A stretch of DNA of 33,585 nucleotides. Source: Coriobacteriia bacterium (GTDB lineage Bacteria; Actinomycetota; Coriobacteriia; Coriobacteriales; UBA8131). Positions within the stretch are counted from its first letter, which is position 1, and the number at the start of each line of letters is the position of its first letter. Shown here piece after piece: positions 1 through 9,077 of the stretch. Location: contig WQXZ01000001.1 of the NCBI GenBank assembly GCA_009781525.1, forward strand, positions 1 to 33,585, written 5' to 3'. The notes under the pieces are model-generated. The model had not been told where the DNA came from. It worked only from the letters and a program-made list of their open reading frames with translations, and did not search any database. The position numbers were made by a program, and so were the translations under genes.

Positions 1-3000
1 ATCGGTTGGACCACCTTTGACATGAAAGGTGATGTCATAGGACTCACCAGAAATCGGTCGAGCAGGTATACCTATCAGATAAACCTCGACATTTGCAGCC
101 AGATAGTCAGCATCCAGAGAAAGACGCCCTTTGGCTTCCGCTAAGGTTATCAGTTGGCTATCCCGCTCTATAGCAGGCAGCGTCATCAGCCTTATGGCAT
201 TGTTAACCGATATCTCGAAGTCAAATGCACCTATGAAGGCAGTCTGGTATCCAACAGTAATCTTAGCCACCCGATAGATAGTCGGGTCAGCGATAGACTC
301 ATAGACAAGCAGATACTCTTTGCCATTCGGATTCTCAGCATAAAACGTGTTCTTATCCAGATAAAAATCTGGATCATCCCAGGCTGGAGTGATGCTTCGA
401 ATGCGTAGCTCGGTGCTCATGGGGGGTGCGCCGGCGCGGATGGTAGCCTGGGCATTGATGGTTGCCATCAATGCATCGTTTTGGGCGGTGGGCGACATTC
501 TGGCGATTGCCTCTGCCTGGTCAAGCGTTATCCAGGCATCCTGGTGGGTCAGAATCAGGTCGGGCTGCGACACCAGCAAGCCAGGTGCAGCCAGGAGCAT
601 GGTGTCGTGGCATGGGGTGTCGACCAGCGGGTTTGCGTTGCCCTGGGCATCTGCAAGGACGAAGTAGATGGTGTCGCCTTCGCGCAGTGTCGAGCTGTAG
701 TTGTCGGGGATGTCAAAGCTCCAGGTGCCATTGGCGTTCAGCTGGCCTTGGATGGGTGCACCGGTGCTGTCTGTCATGAAGTTGCCTGGAGTGTTGACGA
801 CGGCATAGAGTCTGACTGCCGGATCGGGGTTGTGCGGCTCAAAGGCAGCCTGCTCGGCTGCCGGTGACCAGGTACCTGTGATATGGGATATCAGGTTTAT
901 CCAGAATTTGCCGTTGCTGGGCATGGTTACAGTAGCCGGTTTTGGCGGCAGGATATCTGTGACTGTAACAACCTGGTTGGTGATAGAGGTTGCCAGGTGA
1001 ACGGAGGCAGACGGGTTGTCGACCAGACCGCGCCAGGCTGAGTCGACCCGATAACTGTCGCCAGGCATCAGGTAGCTGCCATTGGTGTAGCGAACCACGC
1101 CGCTTATGGACGCGACATCGGTCTGAACCGTGTAGATGTTATCGGGATTGATTGAGGTAACCTGACCTGCGATTGATTGTTGCCAGGTGGTCTCGCCGGC
1201 AGGCAGAATGCCAAAGCGACCGTAGACTTCGTCTGTCCAGATCGGGCGACCTGCGAAGTTGAGTCCTTCCGGTACCACACCAGTGGCGCGAACATAGAGA
1301 TCGGCATTGGTTGCCGGTAGCAGGCTTTGGATTATCGGGTTGGCGTTATTGCCGGAGATACGGCGATAGGGAGTCATTCCCTGGCTGCCGAAGCTTGATG
1401 CTGTTGTGTTGAACGTCGGGTCGGTTGAGCTGACAAAGGTATTGAAGTTTGTTCCTTTGAGCTGGTAGGTATTAAGCGTCCATGATCTATAGGGGTTTCC
1501 GCTTACCGCGTTGTCTGAGCTATTGGTTGCATTGGCATTACCGCCAACGCGGCTGGTGCCGTTGCCCCAGACCGCAACATCGGAGTAGCTTGATGTGAAG
1601 GTATTGTTTGAGCCGTTCGCGTCAAAAACACGGGCGCCAACTCGGGGGTTCGTGTTCATGAAGTTGTAGTAAAGCGGGCTGTAGCATTCAAAGCTGAAGT
1701 TATTGCCAGCTGAGAAGATTCCCTGAGAGTTACTGTTCAGATTGCCTTCAGCTAAAAATATCGCGCCTGGACCAACGTAGATTGTTCCGTAGGTGCGCGT
1801 TCCTGCAGCAACAGCGGCTCCCTGAGTGGATATCAGGTTGATGTTGGAGTATAAGCCGTCAACATGGAAGGTGAAGTAGTTGGCATCGAACTCGACTGCT
1901 GCCTTGTTCTGGTCGGCACCACTGGTTGCTGGAGTAGCGTAATTTCCGGTTTGCCCGTAGTTGATGATGCTGACTGAAGCACCGCCAGTGACATAGAAGC
2001 TGTTGCGGGCTCCGGTACCAAAGCGCACGGCTGCTGGAGAATACGACCCACCAGATGCATGCTTGGTGATGTTGACGGTAGCCTGATTGGTTACGGTGAA
2101 GGTCTGGTTACCGACACTGCGAAAGCGAATAGTACCGCCAAGATTGTTGTTGCAGCCAAAGGACTCCAGGTTCATCAGCGTACCTGGACCATCAACTATG
2201 AAGTTGCCACCGTCAATCTGTTGAACAATGCAGGGCATGCCCACATTGTTACCCGAGCGCAGGCTTAAGACGTTCAGTGTTGCACCGTTGGTAATCTGAA
2301 AGCCACCACCACCAGTACCATTGCTCACGTTATATGCCTGGGCTGTCATGGTGATGGTTCCGCCTGAAACACCGGTTCCACTGCCATTGCCGCGCACGTC
2401 AAGCAAACTGCCTGGACCGTCAACAATGATAAATGCAGTGGTTCCGCTGCCGGTTCCTGCCTGCATGTTGATTGCCTGAGTCGCTCCGGTACCGCGGCTA
2501 TAGATGAATACTTTGGCGCCGCCGACGACTGATAAGGCATTGCGCCTGCCTGCTACGTTTGCGTTAATAGGATCGTTACCACCAGAGAAAGTGACAACAG
2601 TATCAGCTCCGTAATAATTCTGAATCGGAGCATCGATGATGGTTGAGTTGTTGGTGCCGACATCCCAGCTGGTAATACCGCTGACGTTGACTGCGACAGC
2701 TCGTGGAGTCCAAACCAAACCGGCAACTGGAGCAGGTGTGCCAGCCCTCAGGTTATGCAGGTTAATCGTCCAGTTTGTTGAGTTTGCTGCGGTTGAGTAG
2801 ATAAGCGAGCTGCCGTCAGCCGCTCCAGAATTGGGTCTGACAATTGCCAAGTCTCTAAGTGTGAACGCAGTGTTTGCTGGAGCGGAGTTCAGTACGAAAG
2901 CTACTGCGATATTGGTATTCGGTGACGCTGCATCGCGGAAGTCCAGATAAAATCCTTGGCCGTTGATAGTCAATGTGCGTGAGATTGCTGGCAGATTGTT

Positions 3001-3693
3001 GCCTGCACCAGTGCCACCACTGCGCTGGATATTGTTCATCAGGCGAATCTCGTAAATGCTGGTGTTGCTGATTGCGGCGCGCAGGTCGTTCCAGTTCTCG
3101 ACACCGACAACACCAGGCGAGATATCGATGAGCGCCAGCGGCATGATGCCTTCAAAGTCGGGGTCGGGGTCGCTGCCAGGCCAGTCGATGCCGCCGTCAC
3201 CGTCGCGGTCGGGGTTGGAGGCGGTGCCGCTGCCACTGCCAAGCCAGTCGATGCCGCCGTCACCGTCGCGGTCGGTGTCGCTGTCAAGCCAGTCGGGACC
3301 GGACCCGTATCCGAGCCCGATCCCGCCAGTTTCGCTGGGTCCGTCAAGCCCGAATCCGTCAGTTCCGAGCCCCCCTGAGCCAGACCCATTGTCGTATCCC
3401 CCTGGTAAAGCAGATCCATTACCAGGACTGACAGCATCTACGCTACCTGCCCAGTCTGGTAGGTCTGGTTGGCTATTGCTGCCTGGAGAGGTGTCCGTTG
3501 AGTTCCCATATTCGACCAGTGTATCTTGAGGAGCAATTATCTGGTCTGCAAACAATGCCAGCGGCATCAAAGCCACCAGCACCATATTGATAGTCAGAAG
3601 AATAATCAGTATCTTGGACAAGCCCTCTCTTCTACTGGTCCGGTAACGATTACCCCGATGGTGCCTGACCGATTTGTTTTGCCCCATACTCAT
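1..3693 (-). CDS. Large secreted/surface adhesin-like protein, N-terminal 1231 aa only (C-terminus lies beyond the left window edge). Signal-anchor, two Ca-binding thrombospondin-type-3-like repeats, then a long Gly/Asn/Thr-rich beta-helix (pectate-lyase-like adhesive) region.
   Basis: Hand translation of the minus strand from ATG 3691-3693 (MSMGQNKSVRHHRGNRYRTSRREGLSKILIILLTINMVLVALMPLALFA...) stays open for all 1231 codons and ends exactly in frame at base 1. It is absent from the supplied ORF track, presumably because there is no in-window stop. GGAAGGGGA Shine-Dalgarno ends 5 nt before the ATG. DSDTDRDGDGGIDW / NPDRDGDGGIDW repeats. The segment WNDLRAAISNTSIYEIRLMNNIQ...TLTINGQGFYLDF is typical of the start of beta-helix adhesive domains. 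Product call is by-eye motif recognition only. Confidence 0.8.
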   Translation of the reverse strand, partial: MSMGQNKSVRHHRGNRYRTSRREGLSKILIILLTINMVLVALMPLALFADQIIAPQDTLVEYGNSTDTSPGSNSQPDLPDWAGSVDAVSPGNGSALPGGYDNGSGSGGLGTDGFGLDGPSETGGIGLGYGSGPDWLDSDTDRDGDGGIDWLGSGSGTASNPDRDGDGGIDWPGSDPDPDFEGIMPLALIDISPGVVGVENWNDLRAAISNTSIYEIRLMNNIQRSGGTGAGNNLPAISRTLTINGQGFYLDFRDAASPNTNIAVAFVLNSAPANTAFTLRDLAIVRPNSGAADGSSLIYSTAANSTNWTINLHNLRAGTPAPVAGLVWTPRAVAVNVSGITSWDVGTNNSTIIDAPIQNYYGADTVVTFSGGNDPINANVAGRRNALSVVGGAKVFIYSRGTGATQAINMQAGTGSGTTAFIIVDGPGSLLDVRGNGSGTGVSGGTITMTAQAYNVSNGTGGGGFQITNGATLNVLSLRSGNNVGMPCIVQQIDGGNFIVDGPGTLMNLESFGCNNNLGGTIRFRSVGNQTFTVTNQATVNITKHASGGSYSPAAVRFGTGARNSFYVTGGASVSIINYGQTGNYATPATSGADQNKAAVEFDANYFTFHVDGLYSNINLISTQGAAVAAGTRTYGTIYVGPGAIFLAEGNLNSNSQGIFSAGNNFSFECYSPLYYNFMNTNPRVGARVFDANGSNNTFTSSYSDVAVWGNGTSRVGGNANATNSSDNAVSGNPYRSWTLNTYQLKGTNFNTFVSSTDPTFNTTASSFGSQGMTPYRRISGNNANPIIQSLLPATNADLYVRATGVVPEGLNFAGRPIWTDEVYGRFGILPAGETTWQQSIAGQVTSINPDNIYTVQTDVASISGVVRYTNGSYLMPGDSYRVDSAWRGLVDNPSASVHLATSITNQVVTVTDILPPKPATVTMPSNGKFWINLISHITGTWSPAAEQAAFEPHNPDPAVRLYAVVNTPGNFMTDSTGAPIQGQLNANGTWSFDIPDNYSSTLREGDTIYFVLADAQGNANPLVDTPCHDTMLLAAPGLLVSQPDLILTHQDAWITLDQAEAIARMSPTAQNDALMATINAQATIRAGAPPMSTELRIRSITPAWDDPDFYLDKNTFYAENPNGKEYLLVYESIADPTIYRVAKITVGYQTAFIGAFDFEISVNNAIRLMTLPAIERDSQLITLAEAKGRLSLDADYLAANVEVYLIGIPARPISGESYDITFHVKGGPTD
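3180..3275 (-). repeat. 33-bp perfect direct repeat with 63-bp period inside the adhesin gene
   Basis: GCCAGTCGATGCCGCCGTCACCGTCGCGGTCGG occurs at 3180-3212 and 3243-3275. On the minus strand it encodes the two PDRDGDGGIDW calcium-binding-like repeats. Confidence 0.85.
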
Positions 3694-3718
3694 TGTGTCC
3701 CCTTCCTGCACGTACTTC

Positions 3719-4513
3719 TTAAGAATCAGCAGCTTCATACATAGCAACCGGTTCAATACTGCTCAGCACCAGGCTGCTACTCTGCCTGACAAAACCAAAC
3801 AGACAGGCATCATTGACCGTAATCGCCTGTCCATTCAAAACCAATGTGTAGTGCGGACGCGCCAATATATAGACCGTTGACCTATCAACGGTTATCTCTC
3901 CGATAGTCAGACTGTGATAGGCAATCGAGTAACCGCTGTATGAAGTCAAAAACCTTTCTGCGTTGCTCCCAGTAATAATCACGTTATAAACAGCATCACT
4001 ATCACTGTTCAGATAAGCCACCCAATCAGAGTTGACGGCTAAAAGCACTGCTATAGCGGTCGCATCGATTAAAACCGTCTGACGCTGCTCACCACTGCCG
4101 ATGCTATATAGATAGTTATCAGAAAGAGGCTTCAAATCTGCCAGGTTGACCGAAGTCGACGCTTGGTCGATCCGACTGACGGTTAAGGATGGGTCATAGT
4201 AAATCTCAGCAATAGCTGCATTATGATTATGCTCAAGTTGGGACAATATCAAGGCTACTTGATCAGCATTCGCGTTTATCTGCTCAGCTGGCTTACCTGA
4301 GAAAACCAACGCCCCAACCAGCAGAACATCGACTGCACAGATAAATGCGATTAGCCATAAAACGCGTCGCTGCCACATGACGCGAGCATCAGAGCTTGCC
4401 TGCAGCACACGAGTTACTGTAGAAAGCCTCGTCACATCTGCAGACATAGCAAGTGCACTTGCCCTTTTGATATCCCCAACCGTCCTCTCCAATACGACAA
4501 ACAACCAGCCCAA
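3719..4513 (-). CDS. Hypothetical single-pass membrane protein, first gene of the adhesin operon
   Basis: 264-aa ORF ending 25 nt upstream of the adhesin ATG. One hydrophobic helix (VLWLIAFICAVDVLLVGALVF) is followed by a ~190-aa soluble domain with no motif I recognise. Start is uncertain: TTG at 4513, ATG at 4447 or ATG at 4378, none with a strong SD. Confidence 0.6.
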   Translation of the reverse strand: MGWLFVVLERTVGDIKRASALAMSADVTRLSTVTRVLQASSDARVMWQRRVLWLIAFICAVDVLLVGALVFSGKPAEQINANADQVALILSQLEHNHNAAIAEIYYDPSLTVSRIDQASTSVNLADLKPLSDNYLYSIGSGEQRQTVLIDATAIAVLLAVNSDWVAYLNSDSDAVYNVIITGSNAERFLTSYSGYSIAYHSLTIGEITVDRSTVYILARPHYTLVLNGQAITVNDACLFGFVRQSSSLVLSSIEPVAMYEAADS

Positions 4514-4527
4514 GCCTCGCGACCATT

Positions 4528-4710
4528 CACTTTCAACCCTCGCGAGCCTTCAGTATCACCTCGCTCGCTTGCGGTTTCAAGCATCGCAAGGTTACAGACT
4601 CTAGCCTTTCCCACAAACGGCTTCAAAACCTACGAGGTTTCTACTTCAAGCCTTGACCGTCAGCAGCCTTAGGGCCCACGAGGTTACGATTTCAAACCCT
4701 ACGAACTCGA
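4528..4710. repeat. Array of five degenerate ~23-bp direct repeats (TTCAAnnCCTnCGAGGTTnC-like) in the region upstream of the adhesin operon
   Basis: TTCAA cores at 4532, 4576, 4622, 4645 and 4691, giving spacings of 44, 46, 23 and 46 bp (multiples of ~23). Examples: TTCAAGCATCGCAAGGTTACAG, TTCAAAACCTACGAGGTTTCTAC, TTCAAACCCTACGAACTCGAC. Confidence 0.5.
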
Positions 4711-4842
4711 CAGGATTTGACCTCCCTCACAAATAAAGACTGTTTTGGCTGAAGATTCACAACAACAACAGCACTTTTTATTTTTCTATGGAATTCTTAG
4801 TGTGGTAGCAAAATGTATGTTTGCGAAGCTTTTGTGATTGGT

Positions 4843-5559
4843 TTACCACAAGCGAGTAAACGCATCACAAATCCGCTTAGTTGCCGTTGATGTCTCTTCA
4901 CTGGATCCAGAACCAATCGGTAGAAAGCCGAACTCGTCTGTGATCAGAAAGGCTTGGTTCATCTGGGCAGCTTTTTGTACTTGCTCTGGTGTCTGCAGCT
5001 CTGTCTGCACTTCAATACCTAATGTCGTTGCCAGATCTCGACAAAGTGTGGATGTCGCAGTATATATTTCGCAAACGCTGGCAATCAGTATATCGTCGCG
5101 CTCTATCCAGACATCGCCAGCAAGTATGGGCTCTGGCGGACGGGTAGGCTGGTCGCTCTCGGCGGGAAGAGCCTTCGCCTCGCCTGCGCCCTGGTCGCTC
5201 TCGGCACAGGCGAGCGAGGTCTTATCCACAAAAATATTTGTGTCAGTCAGGTCAAGGTAACTTCTGTTGAGGCCAACTACGAAGCCTTGTTCGGTTCGCA
5301 GGTCGCTCGGAGACAGCGGAGGCGGCTGGCGCGGCTCGTCCATGGTCAAGCGTACCTCGCTGGCTGGATCGATGTGCAGCACGAGGACTGCCTCCTGGCC
5401 TTTGCGGAGCATGCTGAGCATTGCCCATTCGAGGCGCTCGTGAATCCAACCGATTAGGGCATCGGGGAGCTCGAGTTTGGCTAGCGCGCGCATGTGGCGC
5501 TGGCGCAGCGGTAGTTTGCCGTCATGGATGCGCCAGCGCAGGATGGTTTGCTGTGTCAT
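4843..5559 (-). CDS. Hypothetical protein (only a weak by-eye resemblance to class-IV aminotransferase / aminodeoxychorismate-lyase fold proteins)
   Basis: 238-aa ORF with ATG start, 75 nt downstream of purH on the same strand. The centre is Pro/Ala/Glu-rich and low complexity. The C-terminal segment ...CRDLATTLGIEVQTELQTPEQVQKAAQMNQAFLITDEFGFLPIG loosely resembles the class-IV aminotransferase C-terminal pattern. Not verified. Confidence 0.55.
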   Translation of the reverse strand: MTQQTILRWRIHDGKLPLRQRHMRALAKLELPDALIGWIHERLEWAMLSMLRKGQEAVLVLHIDPASEVRLTMDEPRQPPPLSPSDLRTEQGFVVGLNRSYLDLTDTNIFVDKTSLACAESDQGAGEAKALPAESDQPTRPPEPILAGDVWIERDDILIASVCEIYTATSTLCRDLATTLGIEVQTELQTPEQVQKAAQMNQAFLITDEFGFLPIGSGSSEETSTATKRICDAFTRLW

Positions 5560-5634
5560 GCTTGCTTTCGGTCGCTGCAGCGGCTGCTTCGGCTGCCTTG
5601 TGGGCTGCCAGTGGGCTTGCCGGGGTACGCGTTT

Positions 5635-7365
5635 CTAGTGGCGAAAGTGGCGGGCGCCGGTGAATACCAGGGCAACACCAGCGGCGTTGGCTGCGGCGAT
5701 GACCTCATCGTCGCGGACCGATCCGCCTGGCTGAATAACCGCTTTGACTCCCGCGGTGATTAGCACTTCCATCGAGTCAGCGAAGGGCATAAAGGCATCC
5801 GATGCGGCAACTGCGCCGATTGCGGCTTCGCCAGCTTGCTCAGCAGCGATGCGGGCTGAATTGACCCGGTTGGGCTGACCTGCTCCGGCTCCGACCATGC
5901 AGAAGTCGTTAGCGATGACAATGGCGTTGCTTTTGACGCTTTTCACGCACTTCCAGGCAAAGAGCAGCTGATCGTACTCGTCCGGCGTTGGTTGGCGTTC
6001 GGAGGCGATGGTGTAGGCTGACTGGTCGGTCTCGACAGCATCTGCCTGCATAACCAGCAATCCGCCTTCAACACTCTTGTAGTCAAGCTGCCAGCCGGCG
6101 GGGTTGAGTCCGCTGGTTGCCAGCACGCGAATCGATGGCTTTTCGCTGAGCAACTCGGCTGCGGTTACATCAACACTGGGGGCGATGATAGCCTCGACGA
6201 ATTGGTCGTTTGCGTAGATTGCCTGTACCATTGCGGCGCTGACTGGGCGATTGAAAGCCATAACGCCACCGTAGGCGCTGGTTGGATCGACATCATGAGC
6301 GCGTTGGTAGGCGGTCACGATGTCAGCGTGTTGGGCGATTCCACAGGGAGTCAAGTGCTTGACAATCACAGCGGCTGGTCCATCGAACTCGCGAACAGCT
6401 GCCCAAGCGGCATCTATGTCAAGGAAGTTGTTGTAGGAAAGCTCTTTGCCTTGGACAAAGGCTGCATAGCCTAAAGTGAAGTCGCGATTAACCCCTTCTG
6501 GTAGGCTGCCTTCTGGCATTACCTGACGATAGAAAGCAGCGTTTTGGTGCGGGTTTTCACCATAGCGGAGTGTAGCCTGCCTGGGCAGACTGAGGTTGAG
6601 CTTCAGCGGAAACACCAGGTTGTCATCAGCATTTGGAGTGAGGTCGACTTCCGGAAGACTGATCTGAGCGTTCATCCATTTAAAAATCGCCTCGTCGTAG
6701 GTGCTTGTCAGCCCGAAGGCAAGATAGGCCAGACGCTGACGGGTGGCAAAGGTAGTCGCACCGGCGTTGGTACGGAGTTCATCAATGATTGCGTCATATT
6801 GGTCGGGAGAAGTGACGACAGTGACCGAGTCGTGGTTCTTAGCGGCTGAGCGAATCATTGCTGGTCCGCCGATGTCGATGTTCTCGATTGCGGTTTCGTA
6901 GCTGGTTCCCGGAGTTGCGATTGTTGCTGAGAAGGCGTAGAGGTTGACCACGATCATGTCGATCGGCTCGATGCCGTGCTCTGCAGCTTGCTCCAGGTGC
7001 TCAGGCACGTCACGGCGTGCCAATAATCCGCCGTGGACGCGAGGATGCAGGGTTTTGACCCTGCCGTCCATCATCTCGGGAAAGCCAGTGACATCCTCGA
7101 TCGGAGTGACCTCGACTTCAGCTTCGGTCAACGTCCGGGCTGTTCCGCCGGTTGAGATGATCTGGATGCCGAACTCCTGCGACAGGGTGCGGGCGAACTC
7201 CGCCACACCGGACTTGTCGGTGACCGAAATCAGCGCGCGCTTGATTGGCAGGTCGGTGGGGGCAGCGGGGGCAGGGGCGGCGGCCTCGGCGGGGGTGGCG
7301 GGGGCAGCAGCTGCCTCTTTGACGCCGGAATTGTCTTGTGGTACTTCTGGTTCTCTATTGTTCAT
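5635..7365 (-). CDS. purH: Bifunctional AICAR transformylase / IMP cyclohydrolase PurH, with a ~40-aa Ala/Pro-rich N-terminal extension
   Basis: 576-aa [21 protein letters not shown] (MGS-like IMP cyclohydrolase start), ...[13 protein letters not shown]..., C-terminal ...[10 protein letters not shown], all typical of PurH. GAGGGGAG SD ends 4 nt before the ATG at 7365, which supports the extension being translated. Confidence 0.95.
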   Translation of the reverse strand: MNNREPEVPQDNSGVKEAAAAPATPAEAAAPAPAAPTDLPIKRALISVTDKSGVAEFARTLSQEFGIQIISTGGTARTLTEAEVEVTPIEDVTGFPEMMDGRVKTLHPRVHGGLLARRDVPEHLEQAAEHGIEPIDMIVVNLYAFSATIATPGTSYETAIENIDIGGPAMIRSAAKNHDSVTVVTSPDQYDAIIDELRTNAGATTFATRQRLAYLAFGLTSTYDEAIFKWMNAQISLPEVDLTPNADDNLVFPLKLNLSLPRQATLRYGENPHQNAAFYRQVMPEGSLPEGVNRDFTLGYAAFVQGKELSYNNFLDIDAAWAAVREFDGPAAVIVKHLTPCGIAQHADIVTAYQRAHDVDPTSAYGGVMAFNRPVSAAMVQAIYANDQFVEAIIAPSVDVTAAELLSEKPSIRVLATSGLNPAGWQLDYKSVEGGLLVMQADAVETDQSAYTIASERQPTPDEYDQLLFAWKCVKSVKSNAIVIANDFCMVGAGAGQPNRVNSARIAAEQAGEAAIGAVAASDAFMPFADSMEVLITAGVKAVIQPGGSVRDDEVIAAANAAGVALVFTGARHFRH

Positions 7366-7434
7366 GGGTGCTCCCCTCGTAGAAAGATAAGTGATTTGCT
7401 TGCTTGAAATAATAACAGGTTGGTATTTATTCAG

Positions 7435-8508
7435 CTAGCCAGTTACTGAAAACAGGATGCTTCGAAGATTGCTCTGTTTTAGCATGAACATGGTGTTCTC
7501 ATACCTAAGCCTCTTCCCAAGCCTTATCGCCAGAAGTTTTGCAACCTTCTCAAGTTCTTTGTAACTATAAATCTGTTTGCTGGTAACAGTGTAGACAGTG
7601 ATGCCTATCGCATTCAGCACATTCCTTCGTTTCGAGTCACTGGCTATTCGCTCTGCTCCGGTGTGGTATTGATTACTGTCGTACTCCACTGCTAGATTCG
7701 CGTCGCGCCAAAGCAGATCACAGGAATAAAATGATTTACTTGAGTTGCTGCGGATCTCCTTGACCGGAGTTATCCGGCTGTTTAGCTCGGGAACTGGTAG
7801 TCCATAGCCACCTAACCTATACGGTAAAATCATCAGCATTACCAGGATGGTCTCCATTGGGGACGCAGACCCGTCAGCAATGTAATTCAGCGCTTTCCTT
7901 GCATTTTTGACTCCATCTGCTCCCTCCATTCTATCAACGAAAGCAGACAGCTTACTCACGCTAGTCAGCTGCGGACGACTGTAGAACCCGCTCAAAGCAC
8001 TGGTGGTAAGAGTGGCAGAAGCCGCGATAGCAGCGGCACCTGTAGCACCCTCTGTTCCAGCAGCATCTCTGTTGCCATCAACTCCCGAGTTCTTATACAC
8101 ATAGGTGTTGTTAGTTCCAGCAAATCCTGACAGCGAATAGGTTCCACAAAGCTCGAAACCAAGCATGATCAGCTTAATTAATGGCAGTTCGCTTGCCATT
8201 TGAACAAAACACAGTTCTGGCGAGGATATAAACACTCCATCGCCAAGATCGATCAGGCTTTTATCAGGCAACAGACTATTGCACACAATTGAGTGAAACT
8301 GGCGTGACCTTCGTTTTAGAGCGTTTCGATTCACCAGAATACTTAGCGGTAGAGGCAAGCCAAGATTGCTTGCTGTACCGAGAGTCGTTTCAGCAGGCAG
8401 AGTGTCAGGGGTTCTTCTACTGCGAGCATGTTTATTACTTCCCAACATGCCGCCCCCATGGATACGCCAGTATTGTTGTGCAGATTGGTGTGAGATACAT
8501 ATTTCCAT
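7435..8508 (-). CDS. DUF559 / restriction-endonuclease-like fold protein with AbiEi-like N-terminal region
   Basis: 357-aa ORF. The C-terminal block DLLWRDANLAVEYDSNQYHTGAERIASDSKRRNVLNAIGITVYTVT matches the DUF559 (Vsr-like endonuclease fold) pattern. N-terminus reads ISHQSAQQYWRIHG. There is an internal Ala/Thr/Gly low-complexity insert. The gene and its flanks are visibly AT-richer than neighbouring genes. Confidence 0.7.
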   Translation of the reverse strand: MEICISHQSAQQYWRIHGGGMLGSNKHARSRRTPDTLPAETTLGTASNLGLPLPLSILVNRNALKRRSRQFHSIVCNSLLPDKSLIDLGDGVFISSPELCFVQMASELPLIKLIMLGFELCGTYSLSGFAGTNNTYVYKNSGVDGNRDAAGTEGATGAAAIAASATLTTSALSGFYSRPQLTSVSKLSAFVDRMEGADGVKNARKALNYIADGSASPMETILVMLMILPYRLGGYGLPVPELNSRITPVKEIRSNSSKSFYSCDLLWRDANLAVEYDSNQYHTGAERIASDSKRRNVLNAIGITVYTVTSKQIYSYKELEKVAKLLAIRLGKRLRYENTMFMLKQSNLRSILFSVTG

Positions 8509-8514
8509 AATGCT

Positions 8515-8520
8515 ATTATA
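8515..8520 (-). promoter_or_regulatory. Candidate -10 box (TATAAT) placed for a leaderless transcript of the DUF559 gene
   Basis: Minus strand reads GCTAGTATAATAGCATTATG. A perfect TATAAT lies 6 nt before the ATG at 8508 and there is no SD. The -35 is poor. Confidence 0.3.
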
Positions 8521-8667
8521 CTAGCATGTTCCGCTCAGATTATGGTCTCTTCTTCTCTTTTGTTTTCACCTTAATCACATATTCTCGTGTTATTACCTGT
8601 TAAACAACTCGTTTAGGAGGTGCGGACGGATGGCAATCAACCCCGATGAGATCACTGAGAATGCTCC

Positions 8668-8880
8668 GCGTCAAAAAATCCTAGTTGACGGCAGAGATTG
8701 ACGATTGTGGCGATTTTGGCTCTTATGTGAAGCTGCTTTCTTTGTGATGTCACAAGCATATAATGCAAACATGCAGGTCAGAGCCTTGTTCTTCGAACTC
8801 GTTATTATTTTGAATGTCGCCATTTACACTCAAATCGCCACAATCGTCAATCTCTGCCGTCAACTAGGATTTTTTGACGC
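8668..8880. repeat. Long inverted-repeat element E1: 49-bp perfect arms (8668-8716 / 8832-8880) around a 115-bp spacer, with imperfect arm extension to ~8629 and ~8919
   Basis: GCGTCAAAAAATCCTAGTTGACGGCAGAGATTGACGATTGTGGCGATTT and its exact reverse complement. The flanks GGCAATCAACCCCGATGAG (left) and CTCGATTCGGTGGTTGATTCC (right) are imperfectly complementary. Intergenic, between the DUF559 gene start and the rubrerythrin-operon end. Confidence 0.9.
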
Positions 8881-9010
8881 ACGCAACGCATTGGGCTCGA
8901 TTCGGTGGTTGATTCCGTGAGCGTAGCGCTGGCTTCTGTTCGAATCTTGCCCGCCCGCTCAGCCTTTATATCTGGATAAGACCTCGCTCCTTAAGCTTGC
9001 CTCAAACGCG

Positions 9011-9056
9011 AACCAGCCGGCTAACTTTCGTGCAACCGGCTGGTTGATTTTATTTT
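9011..9056 (+). terminator. Intrinsic-terminator-like hairpin with its T-tract on the plus strand
   Basis: AACCAGCCGG (9011-9020) pairs with CCGGCTGGTT (9036-9045), a 10-bp GC-rich stem with a 15-nt loop, followed by GATTTTATTTT. On the minus strand the trailing sequence is only CGCGTTTGAGG, so it is at best a weak bidirectional terminator for the 5x rubrerythrin gene. Confidence 0.5.
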
Positions 9057-9077
9057 GGTGGATTAACCGCTCAGAAG

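Noticed and set aside
4740-4850. Possible terminator hairpin (TGTGGTA ... TACCACA) after the gene at 4843-5559
   Set aside because: The stem is 7 bp with a ~35-nt loop and no T-tract, which is too weak to call.
8705-8920. 71-aa plus-strand ORF with a hydrophobic stretch (possible small membrane or toxin peptide) inside E1
   Set aside because: It has a TTG start with no SD, runs across the spacer and the whole right IR arm, and is more simply explained as a chance frame in AT-rich DNA. It would be worth revisiting only if plus-strand transcription is shown.
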